Below are positions 19,641 to 28,631 of a DNA stretch of 64,000 nt, in pieces. The translations under genes were made by a program, and so were the position numbers. Origin of the DNA: Sphingomonadaceae bacterium (lineage in GTDB: Bacteria; Pseudomonadota; Alphaproteobacteria; Sphingomonadales; Sphingomonadaceae); the NCBI GenBank assembly GCA_016000085.1, contig JAECRT010000005.1, forward strand, positions 47,493-111,492, in the 5' to 3' direction. The notes under the pieces are model-generated. The model was given only the letters and a program-made list of their open reading frames with translations. It ran no database searches and had not been told where the DNA came from. Within the stretch, counting starts at the first letter, position 1; every line of letters starts with the position of its first letter.

Positions 19641-20770
19641 TAGTCGGCTCCGAAATGCGCGAGAATGTCGGCCGGGCCAAGGCCAGCCCGAAGGGGTTGG
19701 GCACCGGCGCAGGCGTTGATCGCCAGATCGAACCGCCCGTCGCGCCCGGTCAGCACCACATGGGCGGGCGCGGCGCGGGCGCAGCCCTTGGCACAGCCCG
19801 ATATATGCAGCCGACCTTCGACATGGGGCGCTAAACGCCGGGCGAGGTCGCGCGTGTCGACGGTGGCATGGGGACAGGCCGGATGGCCCGGGCACGCATC
19901 GACGCGCAACAGGGGGTCGGCCGGATCGTGAATCAGGCCATCGGTGGCGGCGCTGCCCTGCCCTTCGATCAGCAGCAATCGCCATGGCGTGACACGCAGC
20001 GCGACGACGCTGGCATTGTCGGCCAATCGTGTGAGCAACTGCGCATCGATCCGGCCGAAGGGTGCGCCATGGATGGTGCCGAGCGGATGCGGTCCGGGGC
20101 GCAGGGTCATAGCGGCGATGGCCGGTGCGATCAGGCCCGTGGCGAAGGGCGGTAGAGGTGCGCGATGGCGCGCCATCCGGCGAGCCTCACGTCCCCCGGT
20201 TTGCGCAAACCAGCAGGCGAGCTGGACGAGTGCGTCCGCTTCCTGGCCATGTTCGATCGCCGCGCCGCTACGATGCCCCGCCGCACGCAGGATCAGCCCG
20301 CCATGACTGCCCCGTTCGATGCGGAAGTCACCGCTTTCGTCCAGCAACGCACAATGCACCCCCGCGTCGATTACGAACCCCGTCTTGCCGGGAAGGTCGG
20401 GCAGCTGTGACAGGCGCGCGGCCAGATCCCGTGCGATCCGTGCGCTATCATCCCCTTCCCGCCAGTCCGGCGGGACGATCAGGCTGCGGCGCGCTTCGAT
20501 CTGGGGGTCGGCGTCGACCAGTCCTTGCGCCATCAACGCGCCCAGCAGAGCGGGCAGGCTATCGTCCCGCACACCACGCAGTTGGAGGTTGGCGCGGCTG
20601 GTCAGGTCGATCTGGCCGCTGCCATGAGCAGCCGCCACTTCGCCCAGCACACGCATATCCGCGCGCTTCAGTCGGCCCAGCGCGGGTCGCACCCGCACCA
20701 GCAAGCCGTCGCCCGCCGCCATCGGCCGCCAGGCGTCGGGACACCAGCCCTTTATCACAAAGAGGTTCAT
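19640..20770 (-). CDS. cobG: Precorrin-3B synthase (monooxygenase)
   Basis: KGWCP...RPM..GDGLLVR, LTSRANLQLRG, CPG.PAC and HISGCAKGC Fe-S ligands. Confidence 0.9.
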   Translation of the reverse strand: MNLFVIKGWCPDAWRPMAAGDGLLVRVRPALGRLKRADMRVLGEVAAAHGSGQIDLTSRANLQLRGVRDDSLPALLGALMAQGLVDADPQIEARRSLIVPPDWREGDDSARIARDLAARLSQLPDLPGKTGFVIDAGVHCALLDESGDFRIERGSHGGLILRAAGHRSGAAIEHGQEADALVQLACWFAQTGGREARRMARHRAPLPPFATGLIAPAIAAMTLRPGPHPLGTIHGAPFGRIDAQLLTRLADNASVVALRVTPWRLLLIEGQGSAATDGLIHDPADPLLRVDACPGHPACPHATVDTRDLARRLAPHVEGRLHISGCAKGCARAAPAHVVLTGRDGRFDLAINACAGAQPLRAGLGPADILAHFGAD

Positions 20771-23700
20771 GGCTGCCCCTCTACGTTAGGCAGGCTCGCA
20801 AGGATGGAGTTACGCCGGGTATGCCACAGGCCGCTGGCATGGAGCGCGGCGAAGCGGCTTTCCATCGCCGCGAGCGCGCCCGGATTTTCGCGCGCCATGA
20901 AGGCTCGCACATCCGCTTCCCCCAGCGTTGCGTCATGATAGAGGTCGAACAGGTGCAGCGGCACTTGTCCCGTCAGATGGGCAAAGGCACCCAGATGATC
21001 GAGCGTCGCGGCGATTTCGGCCGCGCCGCGAAAGCCATGGCGCATCATGCCTGCGATCCAGCCGGGATGCGCCGCCCGCGCCCGGACGACGCGCGCGATT
21101 TCCTCGTTCAGCGTGCGAGCAGCCGGGCGGGCGGGATCGCGATTGTCGAGATGGTAGAGCGCGGCATTGCCCCCGGTTACGCCCTGCGCGGCGGCGAAAC
21201 CGCCCTCATGCGCGGCATAGTCGGCCGCGAGCAGCAGGTCGGTTTCTGGGAGATCCTGCAAATGGACGAAGCTGTCGGTGGCGGCGACGCGCTGGCGCAG
21301 GCCCGCCGGGTCCGCCGCCCTATCGGGCATGTCGAGGACATGGTCCGACGCGGCCAGCCAGGCTTCACCCGCCGCCCGGCGGCTGTCCGCATCATAGGTG
21401 TCGACCGCATCGCCCATGCCCAGCCCGTAGCGACCGGGCTGCGGTCCATAGACGCGCGGAGTCGGCGCGCGCCCGGCGAAAGGGTTCCAGTCGGTCGGCT
21501 CGTCGCGCCCGGATAGCGCTCGCACTGCTTGCCCGAACAGCGCGCCCAGCGTGGGAAAGGCGTCACGGAACAGGCCGGACACGCGCAGCGTCACGTCGAT
21601 GCGCGGGCGATCCAGCAGGGCCAGAGGCAGGATTTCGACGCCCGTCACCCGTTCCGATGCATGGTCCCAGATTGGCTTGGCACCCAGCAGGTGCAGCGCC
21701 ATAGCGAATTCCTCGCCCGCCGTGCGCATCGTCGCCGAACCCCACAGGTCGATCAGGATCGCGCGGGGATAGTCGCCCTGATCCTGCATGTGCCGCCGCA
21801 CGAGTTCCTCGGCCAGCCGAACGCCCTGCGCGTGGGCCGCGCGGGAGGGAACGGCGCGCGGGTCGACGGTATAGAGGTTGCGGCCGGTCGGCAGCACGTC
21901 CGTGCGCCCGCGATGCGGCGACCCTGACGGTCCCGGCGGCACGCGATGCCCGGCGAGCGCCGTCAGCAGCCCTGCCCGCTCCGCAGCGCCATGATCGCCG
22001 CGCCCGAACAGGTGCAGCCCGTCGCCATATTGGCTTTCCTTGACGTCGCACACGAAGCGGTCGATCCGGGTGATGATTTCGGCGGGCGAAGCGCCGGTGA
22101 CAAGGCCCAGTTCCGCCTCCAGCCCCAACGCGCGCGCTTCATCGACAATATCGCCCTGCAACCGCCCGCGCCGCGCAGGGTCCAGCCCATCGGCGTTGGA
22201 AAATTCGTCCAGCAACGCCTCTATCCGGCCCATGCCCGCACCGTTGCCAGACGGCGCGAGCGGTGGGGGCGCATGGCCGATGGTGACTGCGCCGATCCGC
22301 CGCTTGGCCTGTGCCGCTTCGCCCGGATCGTTGACGATGAAAGGATAGATGACCGGCATCGCGCCGGTCAGGGCTTCGGGCCAGCAGGCGTCGGACAGGG
22401 CGACGGCCTTGCCGGGAAGCCATTCCAGCGTGCCGTGCGCTCCCATATGTATGAGTGCGTCGATGCCTTGTTCGCGCAGCCACAGGTAGAAGGCGACATA
22501 GACATGGCGGGGGCAGCGGGACAGGTCGTGATAATCCTGATCGCGGGTAGCCGTGACGCCGCGTTCAGGCTGGAGCGCGACGACGACCTGGCCCAGCCAC
22601 AGGCCGGTAAAGGCAAACATGCCATCCGCCACCGCGCTGTCGGCCTCTGGTTCTCCCCATGCATCGGCGAGAGCGGTGCGCAGATCGGCGGGCAAAGTTG
22701 CAAGGGCAGCGCGATACCGTTCCACGGGCCAGTGCAGTTGCGCGGACAGCAGCGTGCGGGCAAGGTCCGGGCAGGCGCGCGTCGCATAGCCCGCTGCCGC
22801 CATATCCTCCAGCACCGCCTGCACGGATGCGAGGGCGTCGAGGCCGACGGCATGGGCCATCTGATACGCCTTGCCGGGATAGGTGGAGAGCAACAGTGCG
22901 AGCTTACGCCCAGCGGCGGGTTTGGCGGCCAGCGCGCACCAGCCCGCGACGCGATCCGCGATGGCGGGGATCCGGTGCGGGTCGGCGCGGTGGACGGTGC
23001 GGGCATATTGCAGGTCCGGGTCAGGTAGGGCCGCGTCCTTGAAGCTCGCCACCCCGGCGAACAGCCGCCCGTCGACTTCGGGCAACACGACATGCATGGC
23101 GAGGTCTGCGGGTGACAGGCCGCGTGCCGCGCCGCTCCACGCCGCGCGGTCGCTGGTCGCCAGCGCGATCTGGAACACCGGCGCGTCGCCATCATCGAAC
23201 GGGGTGCGGCCCGCCTCGTCCCGCGCCGAAAAAGCCGTGGCGTTGACGATCGCGGCGGGGGCAAACGCGGTCGCCCAACGTTGCAGCCAACCGCGCACAT
23301 CCGCCTGCTTGAGGGAGGGCGCGAACAGGGCGACGACATCGAAGCCGCGCTGGTTGAAGGCGGCCTGGAGCGCCGCGAACGGATCAAGATCGTCCGCCAT
23401 CAGATAGGCGCGATAGAAAAGCAGCAGGATGCGCGGGCGGCGCGCGGTCAAAGCGAAGGCCGCGGGGCAAGTCAGCCCCTCCCCCGGTAGCCATGCCCCG
23501 ATCGGCGCGATCCGATGCGGCGCGGCCGCGTCGACGGCGGACAGCCCCGCCGCTTGCGCCAGTTCGCCCAGCGCCCGCTGCGCCATTTCCGTCCCGCCCG
23601 CATCGCACAGGCGCGCCAGTTTGCGCAGCCGGTCGATCGGCACGGTCGAAGCCGCGTCCAGCCGCGCGTCCGGCCGCCCGTCGCCCGGCAACACCGCCAG

Positions 23701-24039
23701 CGCGATGCCGCGCGTGCGCGCCATCGCCTCGACCTGTTGCAGGCCATAAGTCCAATAGGCCATGCCGCCAATCAGGCGGATCAATATGCCTTTTGCGTGG
23801 CCAAGCGTCCGTTCGATATAGGTGTCAACCGACAGCGGGTGAGCCAGCGCGGACAGATTGGCAAGGCGCATCGTCGGCAGTGCCCGGCCGGTCGCGCGGC
23901 CCAGCCGCCATCCCGCCGCGAAAGCCCCAAGATCGCTGTCGGAAAAGGACAGCACCACAAGATCGGCGGGCGTCTGCCCCAGATCTTGCGGGACGGCGCT
24001 TTCCTCCAGCCCATGGGTTTCGCGGAAGATGACGTGCAT
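20767..24039 (-). CDS. cobN: Cobaltochelatase subunit CobN
   Basis: VVLPEVDGR, HMGAHGTLEWLPGK, YPFIVNDPGE, LPTGRN, RPRIDVTLRVSGLFRDAF, MRHGFRGA. Confidence 0.96.
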   Translation of the reverse strand: MHVIFRETHGLEESAVPQDLGQTPADLVVLSFSDSDLGAFAAGWRLGRATGRALPTMRLANLSALAHPLSVDTYIERTLGHAKGILIRLIGGMAYWTYGLQQVEAMARTRGIALAVLPGDGRPDARLDAASTVPIDRLRKLARLCDAGGTEMAQRALGELAQAAGLSAVDAAAPHRIAPIGAWLPGEGLTCPAAFALTARRPRILLLFYRAYLMADDLDPFAALQAAFNQRGFDVVALFAPSLKQADVRGWLQRWATAFAPAAIVNATAFSARDEAGRTPFDDGDAPVFQIALATSDRAAWSGAARGLSPADLAMHVVLPEVDGRLFAGVASFKDAALPDPDLQYARTVHRADPHRIPAIADRVAGWCALAAKPAAGRKLALLLSTYPGKAYQMAHAVGLDALASVQAVLEDMAAAGYATRACPDLARTLLSAQLHWPVERYRAALATLPADLRTALADAWGEPEADSAVADGMFAFTGLWLGQVVVALQPERGVTATRDQDYHDLSRCPRHVYVAFYLWLREQGIDALIHMGAHGTLEWLPGKAVALSDACWPEALTGAMPVIYPFIVNDPGEAAQAKRRIGAVTIGHAPPPLAPSGNGAGMGRIEALLDEFSNADGLDPARRGRLQGDIVDEARALGLEAELGLVTGASPAEIITRIDRFVCDVKESQYGDGLHLFGRGDHGAAERAGLLTALAGHRVPPGPSGSPHRGRTDVLPTGRNLYTVDPRAVPSRAAHAQGVRLAEELVRRHMQDQGDYPRAILIDLWGSATMRTAGEEFAMALHLLGAKPIWDHASERVTGVEILPLALLDRPRIDVTLRVSGLFRDAFPTLGALFGQAVRALSGRDEPTDWNPFAGRAPTPRVYGPQPGRYGLGMGDAVDTYDADSRRAAGEAWLAASDHVLDMPDRAADPAGLRQRVAATDSFVHLQDLPETDLLLAADYAAHEGGFAAAQGVTGGNAALYHLDNRDPARPAARTLNEEIARVVRARAAHPGWIAGMMRHGFRGAAEIAATLDHLGAFAHLTGQVPLHLFDLYHDATLGEADVRAFMARENPGALAAMESRFAALHASGLWHTRRNSILASLPNVEGQP

Positions 24040-24049
24040 GGCGCCGTCT

Positions 24050-25105
24050 TCAGCCCTGCAGCACGGCCCGGATCATGACCGGGTCGATATGGTCATGTTC
24101 GGCGATGACCACCAGCGATGTCGCGCGCGCTTCGCCCGGACGCCACATGCGATCATAATGGCTGCGCGCCCGCGCGCCGACCGCCTGCACCAGCAAGCGC
24201 ATCGGTTTGCCCGCTACGGCGGCATAGCCCTTCACCCGCAAGACGCCATGTTCGCGCGCCAGCGTCTCGATGCGGCGCGTCAGGTCGGCGGGATCGGCGA
24301 TTTCGCCCAGTTCGACGACGACGCTGTCGAAATCCTCATGCTCATGCTCATCCTCGCCATCATGGTGGGAAGGGCGGGCGGCGATGTCATCTTCCGCTGC
24401 TGCGTTCAGCCCCAGGATCAGATGGGGGTCGATCACGCCTTCGGTCAGTTCGATGACCGGCACGGGACGCGGCGCTTGCGCTGTGATCACGGCGCGCGCT
24501 GCGGCTACGCCTTCGGCCCCGGCCAGGTCGACCTTGGTCAGCAGCACCATGTCGGCGCAGGCCAGCTGATCCTCGAACACTTCGGCCAGCGGCGTTTCAT
24601 GATCGATCCCCGGATCGGCCGCCCGCTGCGCTTCGATAGCGGCCAGGTCGGGCGCGAAACGGCCCGCCGCCACCGCTTCGGCATCGGCGAGCGCCAGCAC
24701 GCCGTCGACCGTGATCCGGCTGCGGATCGCGGGCCAGTCGAACGCCTTAAGCAGCGGCTTGGGCAGAGCGAGGCCAGACGTTTCGATCAGGATATGGTCG
24801 GGGCGCGGGTCGAGCGCGAGGAGATGTTCGACCGTGGGGATGAAATCGTCGGCGACCGTGCAGCAGATGCAGCCATTGGCCAGCTCAACGATATTATCCT
24901 CCGGGCAATCGGGAATGGCGCAGGATTTGAGGATGTCGCCATCCACGCCCAGCGTGCCGAACTCATTTACCACCACGGCCAATCGCCGCCCGCCCGCATT
25001 GCGGATGAGGTGGCTGATCAGCGTGGTCTTGCCTGCCCCCAGGAAGCCGGTGACGATGGTGACAGGTACTTTGGAAAGATCCGGCACCTTGGAAAGATCG
25101 GACAT
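24050..25105 (-). CDS. cobW: Cobalamin biosynthesis GTPase/metallochaperone CobW
   Basis: TGFLGAGKTT, VNEFG, ELANGCICC, IETSGLA.PKPL, His-rich HHDGEDEHEHED, LRVKG. Start ATG 25105. Confidence 0.95.
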   Translation of the reverse strand: MSDLSKVPDLSKVPVTIVTGFLGAGKTTLISHLIRNAGGRRLAVVVNEFGTLGVDGDILKSCAIPDCPEDNIVELANGCICCTVADDFIPTVEHLLALDPRPDHILIETSGLALPKPLLKAFDWPAIRSRITVDGVLALADAEAVAAGRFAPDLAAIEAQRAADPGIDHETPLAEVFEDQLACADMVLLTKVDLAGAEGVAAARAVITAQAPRPVPVIELTEGVIDPHLILGLNAAAEDDIAARPSHHDGEDEHEHEDFDSVVVELGEIADPADLTRRIETLAREHGVLRVKGYAAVAGKPMRLLVQAVGARARSHYDRMWRPGEARATSLVVIAEHDHIDPVMIRAVLQG

Positions 25106-25296
25106 GTAAATTCCCGCTGCGCCGAACGACGAAGGGCGGGGCGTGCCGGCGACTGGCCGGTCGGCGCGCGACGACAGGCGGGCGCGTGAACGTCCGTCGA
25201 CACGACGCCGATGCGGCCCCGGCCGCATGGCTTCGTCGCTCAGACGGAAATTACCGTGCCGTGACCATCCCCTGGACCAAGGCAAGAGCGACCAGT

Positions 25297-25499
25297 GCGC
25301 CGGCAGGTCTCCTGGCTCACGGGTCACAGCTTGATGCACGCCTTCCCGGATATGCGCGTGCGCGCCTTCCAGTGACTGCCCCTGAAAACAGAGGCCTGTG
25401 CATCGCGCTATCCGCTTACAGTTGCAGGGACAGCCGTGGATTTGGGGGGAAACCCCGCACCACATTCCCGATTAAGCTCCCTTGCGGGAGCACCGGCGC
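25297..25499 (-). ncRNA. Cobalamin (AdoCbl) riboswitch
   Basis: Minus strand reads GGTGC..AATCGGGAATGTGGTG..AAATCCACGGCTGTCCCTGCAACTGTAAGCG..CACTGG..CCGGGAAGG..GAGCCAGGAGACCTGCC (B12 box); P1 is GCGCCGG/CCGGCGC; lies upstream of cobW. Confidence 0.95.
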
Positions 25500-25737
25500 G
25501 ATCATTTGGAAAAGGAACTCGTCCCTTTCCGCGCCCAGCATCTATGGGAAAGCGACCGGGATGCCAAGCGGCATTCGGATCGCCGATCCGGAAGCGCCGT
25601 CACCGCCGTGTCTTTTGGCATATTCCACCGGACAGACTGGCCAATTCAGAACATACTACCGTACCGCCCACCATAGACGGTGCCCCGACGGCATTGTTAC
25701 CGCAAACATTTCCCTCGGCACGAACCTTGGGGTCGCA

Positions 25738-25775
25738 GGCCGCCTTTCTCCTTGCAGGAAGGCGGCCATTTTTTT
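25738..25775 (+). terminator. Orphan intrinsic terminator (end of a candidate sRNA)
   Basis: GGCCGCCTT...AAGGCGGCC stem followed by ATTTTTTT, with no credible plus-strand CDS upstream. Confidence 0.7.
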
Positions 25776-26071
25776 GGCTTTTGCCGCCAGAACCGAGCAA
25801 TGCGGCCAGGCGTCGAATTGCTTAACTTCGCACATTTCCCGGTAATTCTGACATTTTGTTGCGCCACCCCGATCCTATCGGAAAGTCGTCGCGTAAAACG
25901 TCTGTTCGCGTCCAGACAGCGCTACCACCCGCCATAAAACGGGACATCCTGGCACCGCAGGCGTCCTGTAGGACAGCAGGATATTCGCGCGCGTCAGGAA
26001 AACGCTCGACGGGCTGGTGCAACAGGCAGATATTCGCGGAGCGCCGGGATGAGAGACGGGAAGCACGAAAT

Positions 26072-26566
26072 ATGTTGGGCACACCCAGACTGGACAGGAT
26101 CGACCTGAAGATCCTTACGCAGCTTCAGCAATCCGGCCGCATTACCAATGTCGAGCTGGCCGATGCGGTCGGCCTGTCGCCCAGCCCCTGCCTGACGCGG
26201 GTCAAGCGGCTGGAGAAGGCGGGCTACATCACGGGCTATGGCGCGCATATCAACCTGCACAAGCTGGGCGAATATCTGAACGTCTTTACCGAAGTCACGC
26301 TGACCGAGCATCGGGCAGGCGATTTTTCGCGGTTCGAGACGCGCATCCGCAAGCTGGACGAAATCGTCGAATGCCATCTGGTCAGCGGGGGATATGATTA
26401 TCTGCTGAAATTCGTGACGCGCGGCGTGGGCCATTACCAGTCGATCATCGAAGGGATGCTGGAAAGCGACTATGGGATCGAGAAATATTTCAGCTATGTC
26501 GTCATCAAGTCGCCCTTCATCAAGCATCATTATCCGATCCAGCATCTGTTCGGCGAGCAGCGATAG
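26072..26566 (+). CDS. Lrp/AsnC family transcriptional regulator
   Basis: LDRIDLKILTQLQQSGRITNVELADAVGLSPSPCLTRVKRLE; ECHLVSGGYDYLL. Confidence 0.93.
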   Translation: MLGTPRLDRIDLKILTQLQQSGRITNVELADAVGLSPSPCLTRVKRLEKAGYITGYGAHINLHKLGEYLNVFTEVTLTEHRAGDFSRFETRIRKLDEIVECHLVSGGYDYLLKFVTRGVGHYQSIIEGMLESDYGIEKYFSYVVIKSPFIKHHYPIQHLFGEQR

Positions 26567-26581
26567 AAGCATAGTGAGATC

Positions 26582-27727
26582 ATGAGCGACATTGCCGACC
26601 TGATCGAACCGCTGATCGCCTTTCGCCGCGACATTCACGCCCATCCCGAACTGGGTTTCCGCGAGCATCGCACCGCCGGACGCATTGCCGAGCAGTTGCG
26701 CGCGCTGGGGCTGGAAGTGCATGAGGGGATCGGGCGGACCGGCGTGGTCGGGGTGCTGAGGAACGGCACCTCCTCCCGCAGCATCGGCCTGCGCGCGGAC
26801 ATGGACGCCCTGCCGATCGATGAGCAGACCAACCTGCCCTATGCCAGCAAGACGCCCGGCACCTTCCATGGCTGTGGCCATGATGGCCATGTCGCGATGC
26901 TGCTGGGCGCGGCGCAGCATCTGAGCCGCAGCCGCCAGTTCGACGGCACGGTCAACTTCTTCTTCCAGCCCGCCGAGGAAGGCCAGGGCGGCGCGCGCGA
27001 GATGGTGAAGGAAGGGCTGTTCGAGCGCTTCCCCTGCGACCGGGTGTTCGGGCTGCACAACTGGCCTGACCTGCCCGCCGGGACCATCGCGACCCGGCCC
27101 GGTCCTATCATGGGCGCGGCCGACAAGTTCGAGATCATATTGGAGGGACGGGGCGGCCATGCCGCGATCCCGCAGGATACGCCCGACGCCATTTTGGCAG
27201 CGGCCATTCTGGTGACGCAGTTGAACGCGATCGTTTCGCGCCGGATCGCGCCCACAGCGTCGGCGGTGCTGTCGATCACCCAGATCCATGGCGGGCAGAC
27301 CCATAATGTCATCCCCGCGCTCGTGACGATCGGCGGTACGGTGCGGACGTTCGACGCAACGGTGCAGGACCGGATCGAGGCGGCGATCCGCGAGATTGCC
27401 GCGGGTGTCGCGCTGGCCAATGGTTTGACCGCAAGCGTGGATTATCGGCGCTATTACCCCGCGACGATCAATGATGCGGAGGCGGTGCAGGAAGCGCTGG
27501 CCGCCGCCGCGACCGTGGGCAAGGCGCAGCTGGCGCCCGACCCCGCCTTCACGTCGGAAGATTTCGCCTTCATGCTACAGGCGTGCAAGGGCGCCTATAT
27601 CTGGCTGGGTCAGGCCAAGCCGGACGGGTCGGTGCCGCTGCACAACCCGCATTACGACTTTAACGACGATGTGCTGGCGCTGGGCATCCGGCTGCATGTC
27701 GCGCTGGCGGAGCGGCATCTGGGCTAG
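26582..27727 (+). CDS. M20 family amidohydrolase (hippurate hydrolase/aminoacylase-like)
   Basis: RRDIHAHPELGF.E, LRADMDALP, HGCGHDGH, FQPAEEG, SEDF, LHNP.YDF. Confidence 0.92.
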   Translation: MSDIADLIEPLIAFRRDIHAHPELGFREHRTAGRIAEQLRALGLEVHEGIGRTGVVGVLRNGTSSRSIGLRADMDALPIDEQTNLPYASKTPGTFHGCGHDGHVAMLLGAAQHLSRSRQFDGTVNFFFQPAEEGQGGAREMVKEGLFERFPCDRVFGLHNWPDLPAGTIATRPGPIMGAADKFEIILEGRGGHAAIPQDTPDAILAAAILVTQLNAIVSRRIAPTASAVLSITQIHGGQTHNVIPALVTIGGTVRTFDATVQDRIEAAIREIAAGVALANGLTASVDYRRYYPATINDAEAVQEALAAAATVGKAQLAPDPAFTSEDFAFMLQACKGAYIWLGQAKPDGSVPLHNPHYDFNDDVLALGIRLHVALAERHLG

Positions 27728-27740
27728 GCCGCAATTTCGC

Positions 27741-28631
27741 CTAGAACCAAAAGCGGATGCCCATGACCAGACTGGTTGCGGACGCCCCGTCCCCTGCCGC
27801 GCGGGCATAGTCGGCGCTGCCGCCCAGCTTGCGTTCCCAATTGACCCCGACATAGGGCGCAAATTCGCGGGCGATCTCGTAGCGCAGGCGCAGGCCCAGT
27901 TCGATGTCGGACACGCCGGAGCCGATGCCCAGTTCAGGCACATCCTGCGCCGCGAGATTCACTTCGGCGGCGGGTTGCAGGATGAGGCGCTGGGTGATGC
28001 GCTGATCATAGCTGCCCTCGATACGCAGATGGGCGTCGCCCTTGTTCGACAGGAAAGCCTGGGCATCCAGTTCGAACCAATAGGGGGCCAGTCCTTCGAT
28101 CCCGACCACGGCATAGGTGCGTTGCGGGTCGGGGCGGAAATCCTGTCGCACGCCCGCATGGACATTCCACCACGGATCGATGGCCCGGCTGTAGAGCGCC
28201 TGGATTTCCGCGCTTTCGAGGGGGCCGCCGATGGCGCCTTCCCCCTCCGACTTGAACGCCAGGCGGTTGATGTCGCCGCCGATCCAGCCTTCCCCTTCCC
28301 AGGCATAGCCGTCCGCGCCCTGTTGCGCGCGATATTCCAGCCGGTCGAGCATGAGTTGCGAGAAGGTCATGCCGCCGCTTTCCTTGCGCATGGCAGCGCG
28401 GGCGCGCGCCATGACGGCGGGATCGTACAGGGCTTCGGCCGCATGATCGGTCGGGACGGGCGGCGCAACGCCTTGCGGGATGCCATCGTCCGGCGCGGAC
28501 ATGGCGTGTCCGGCGTGGGGATCGGCGGGTGCTTCCTGCGCAGGCGGCACCTGGTGGGCGCTATTATCCATCTGGGCCAATGCGGGGGAGGTCGTGCTGA
28601 CCAGCAGCAGGGCGGCGATGAGGCGCGTCAT
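27741..28631 (-). CDS. copB: Copper resistance protein B (outer membrane)
   Basis: Signal peptide, DPHAGH, DRLEY, EGLAPYWFE, TQRLILQP, GLRLRYE..REFAPY.G, C-terminal WF. Confidence 0.95.
   Translation of the reverse strand: MTRLIAALLLVSTTSPALAQMDNSAHQVPPAQEAPADPHAGHAMSAPDDGIPQGVAPPVPTDHAAEALYDPAVMARARAAMRKESGGMTFSQLMLDRLEYRAQQGADGYAWEGEGWIGGDINRLAFKSEGEGAIGGPLESAEIQALYSRAIDPWWNVHAGVRQDFRPDPQRTYAVVGIEGLAPYWFELDAQAFLSNKGDAHLRIEGSYDQRITQRLILQPAAEVNLAAQDVPELGIGSGVSDIELGLRLRYEIAREFAPYVGVNWERKLGGSADYARAAGDGASATSLVMGIRFWF

Noticed and set aside
6118-25465. Long N-terminal extensions of cob genes in the ORF track, which could suggest fusions
   Set aside because: They overlap upstream genes or the riboswitch; family homology starts at internal ATGs that overlap the previous stop codons.
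25186-25845. 219-aa plus-strand ORF across the riboswitch
   Set aside because: It overlaps the cobalamin riboswitch and an intrinsic terminator, and has atypical composition.
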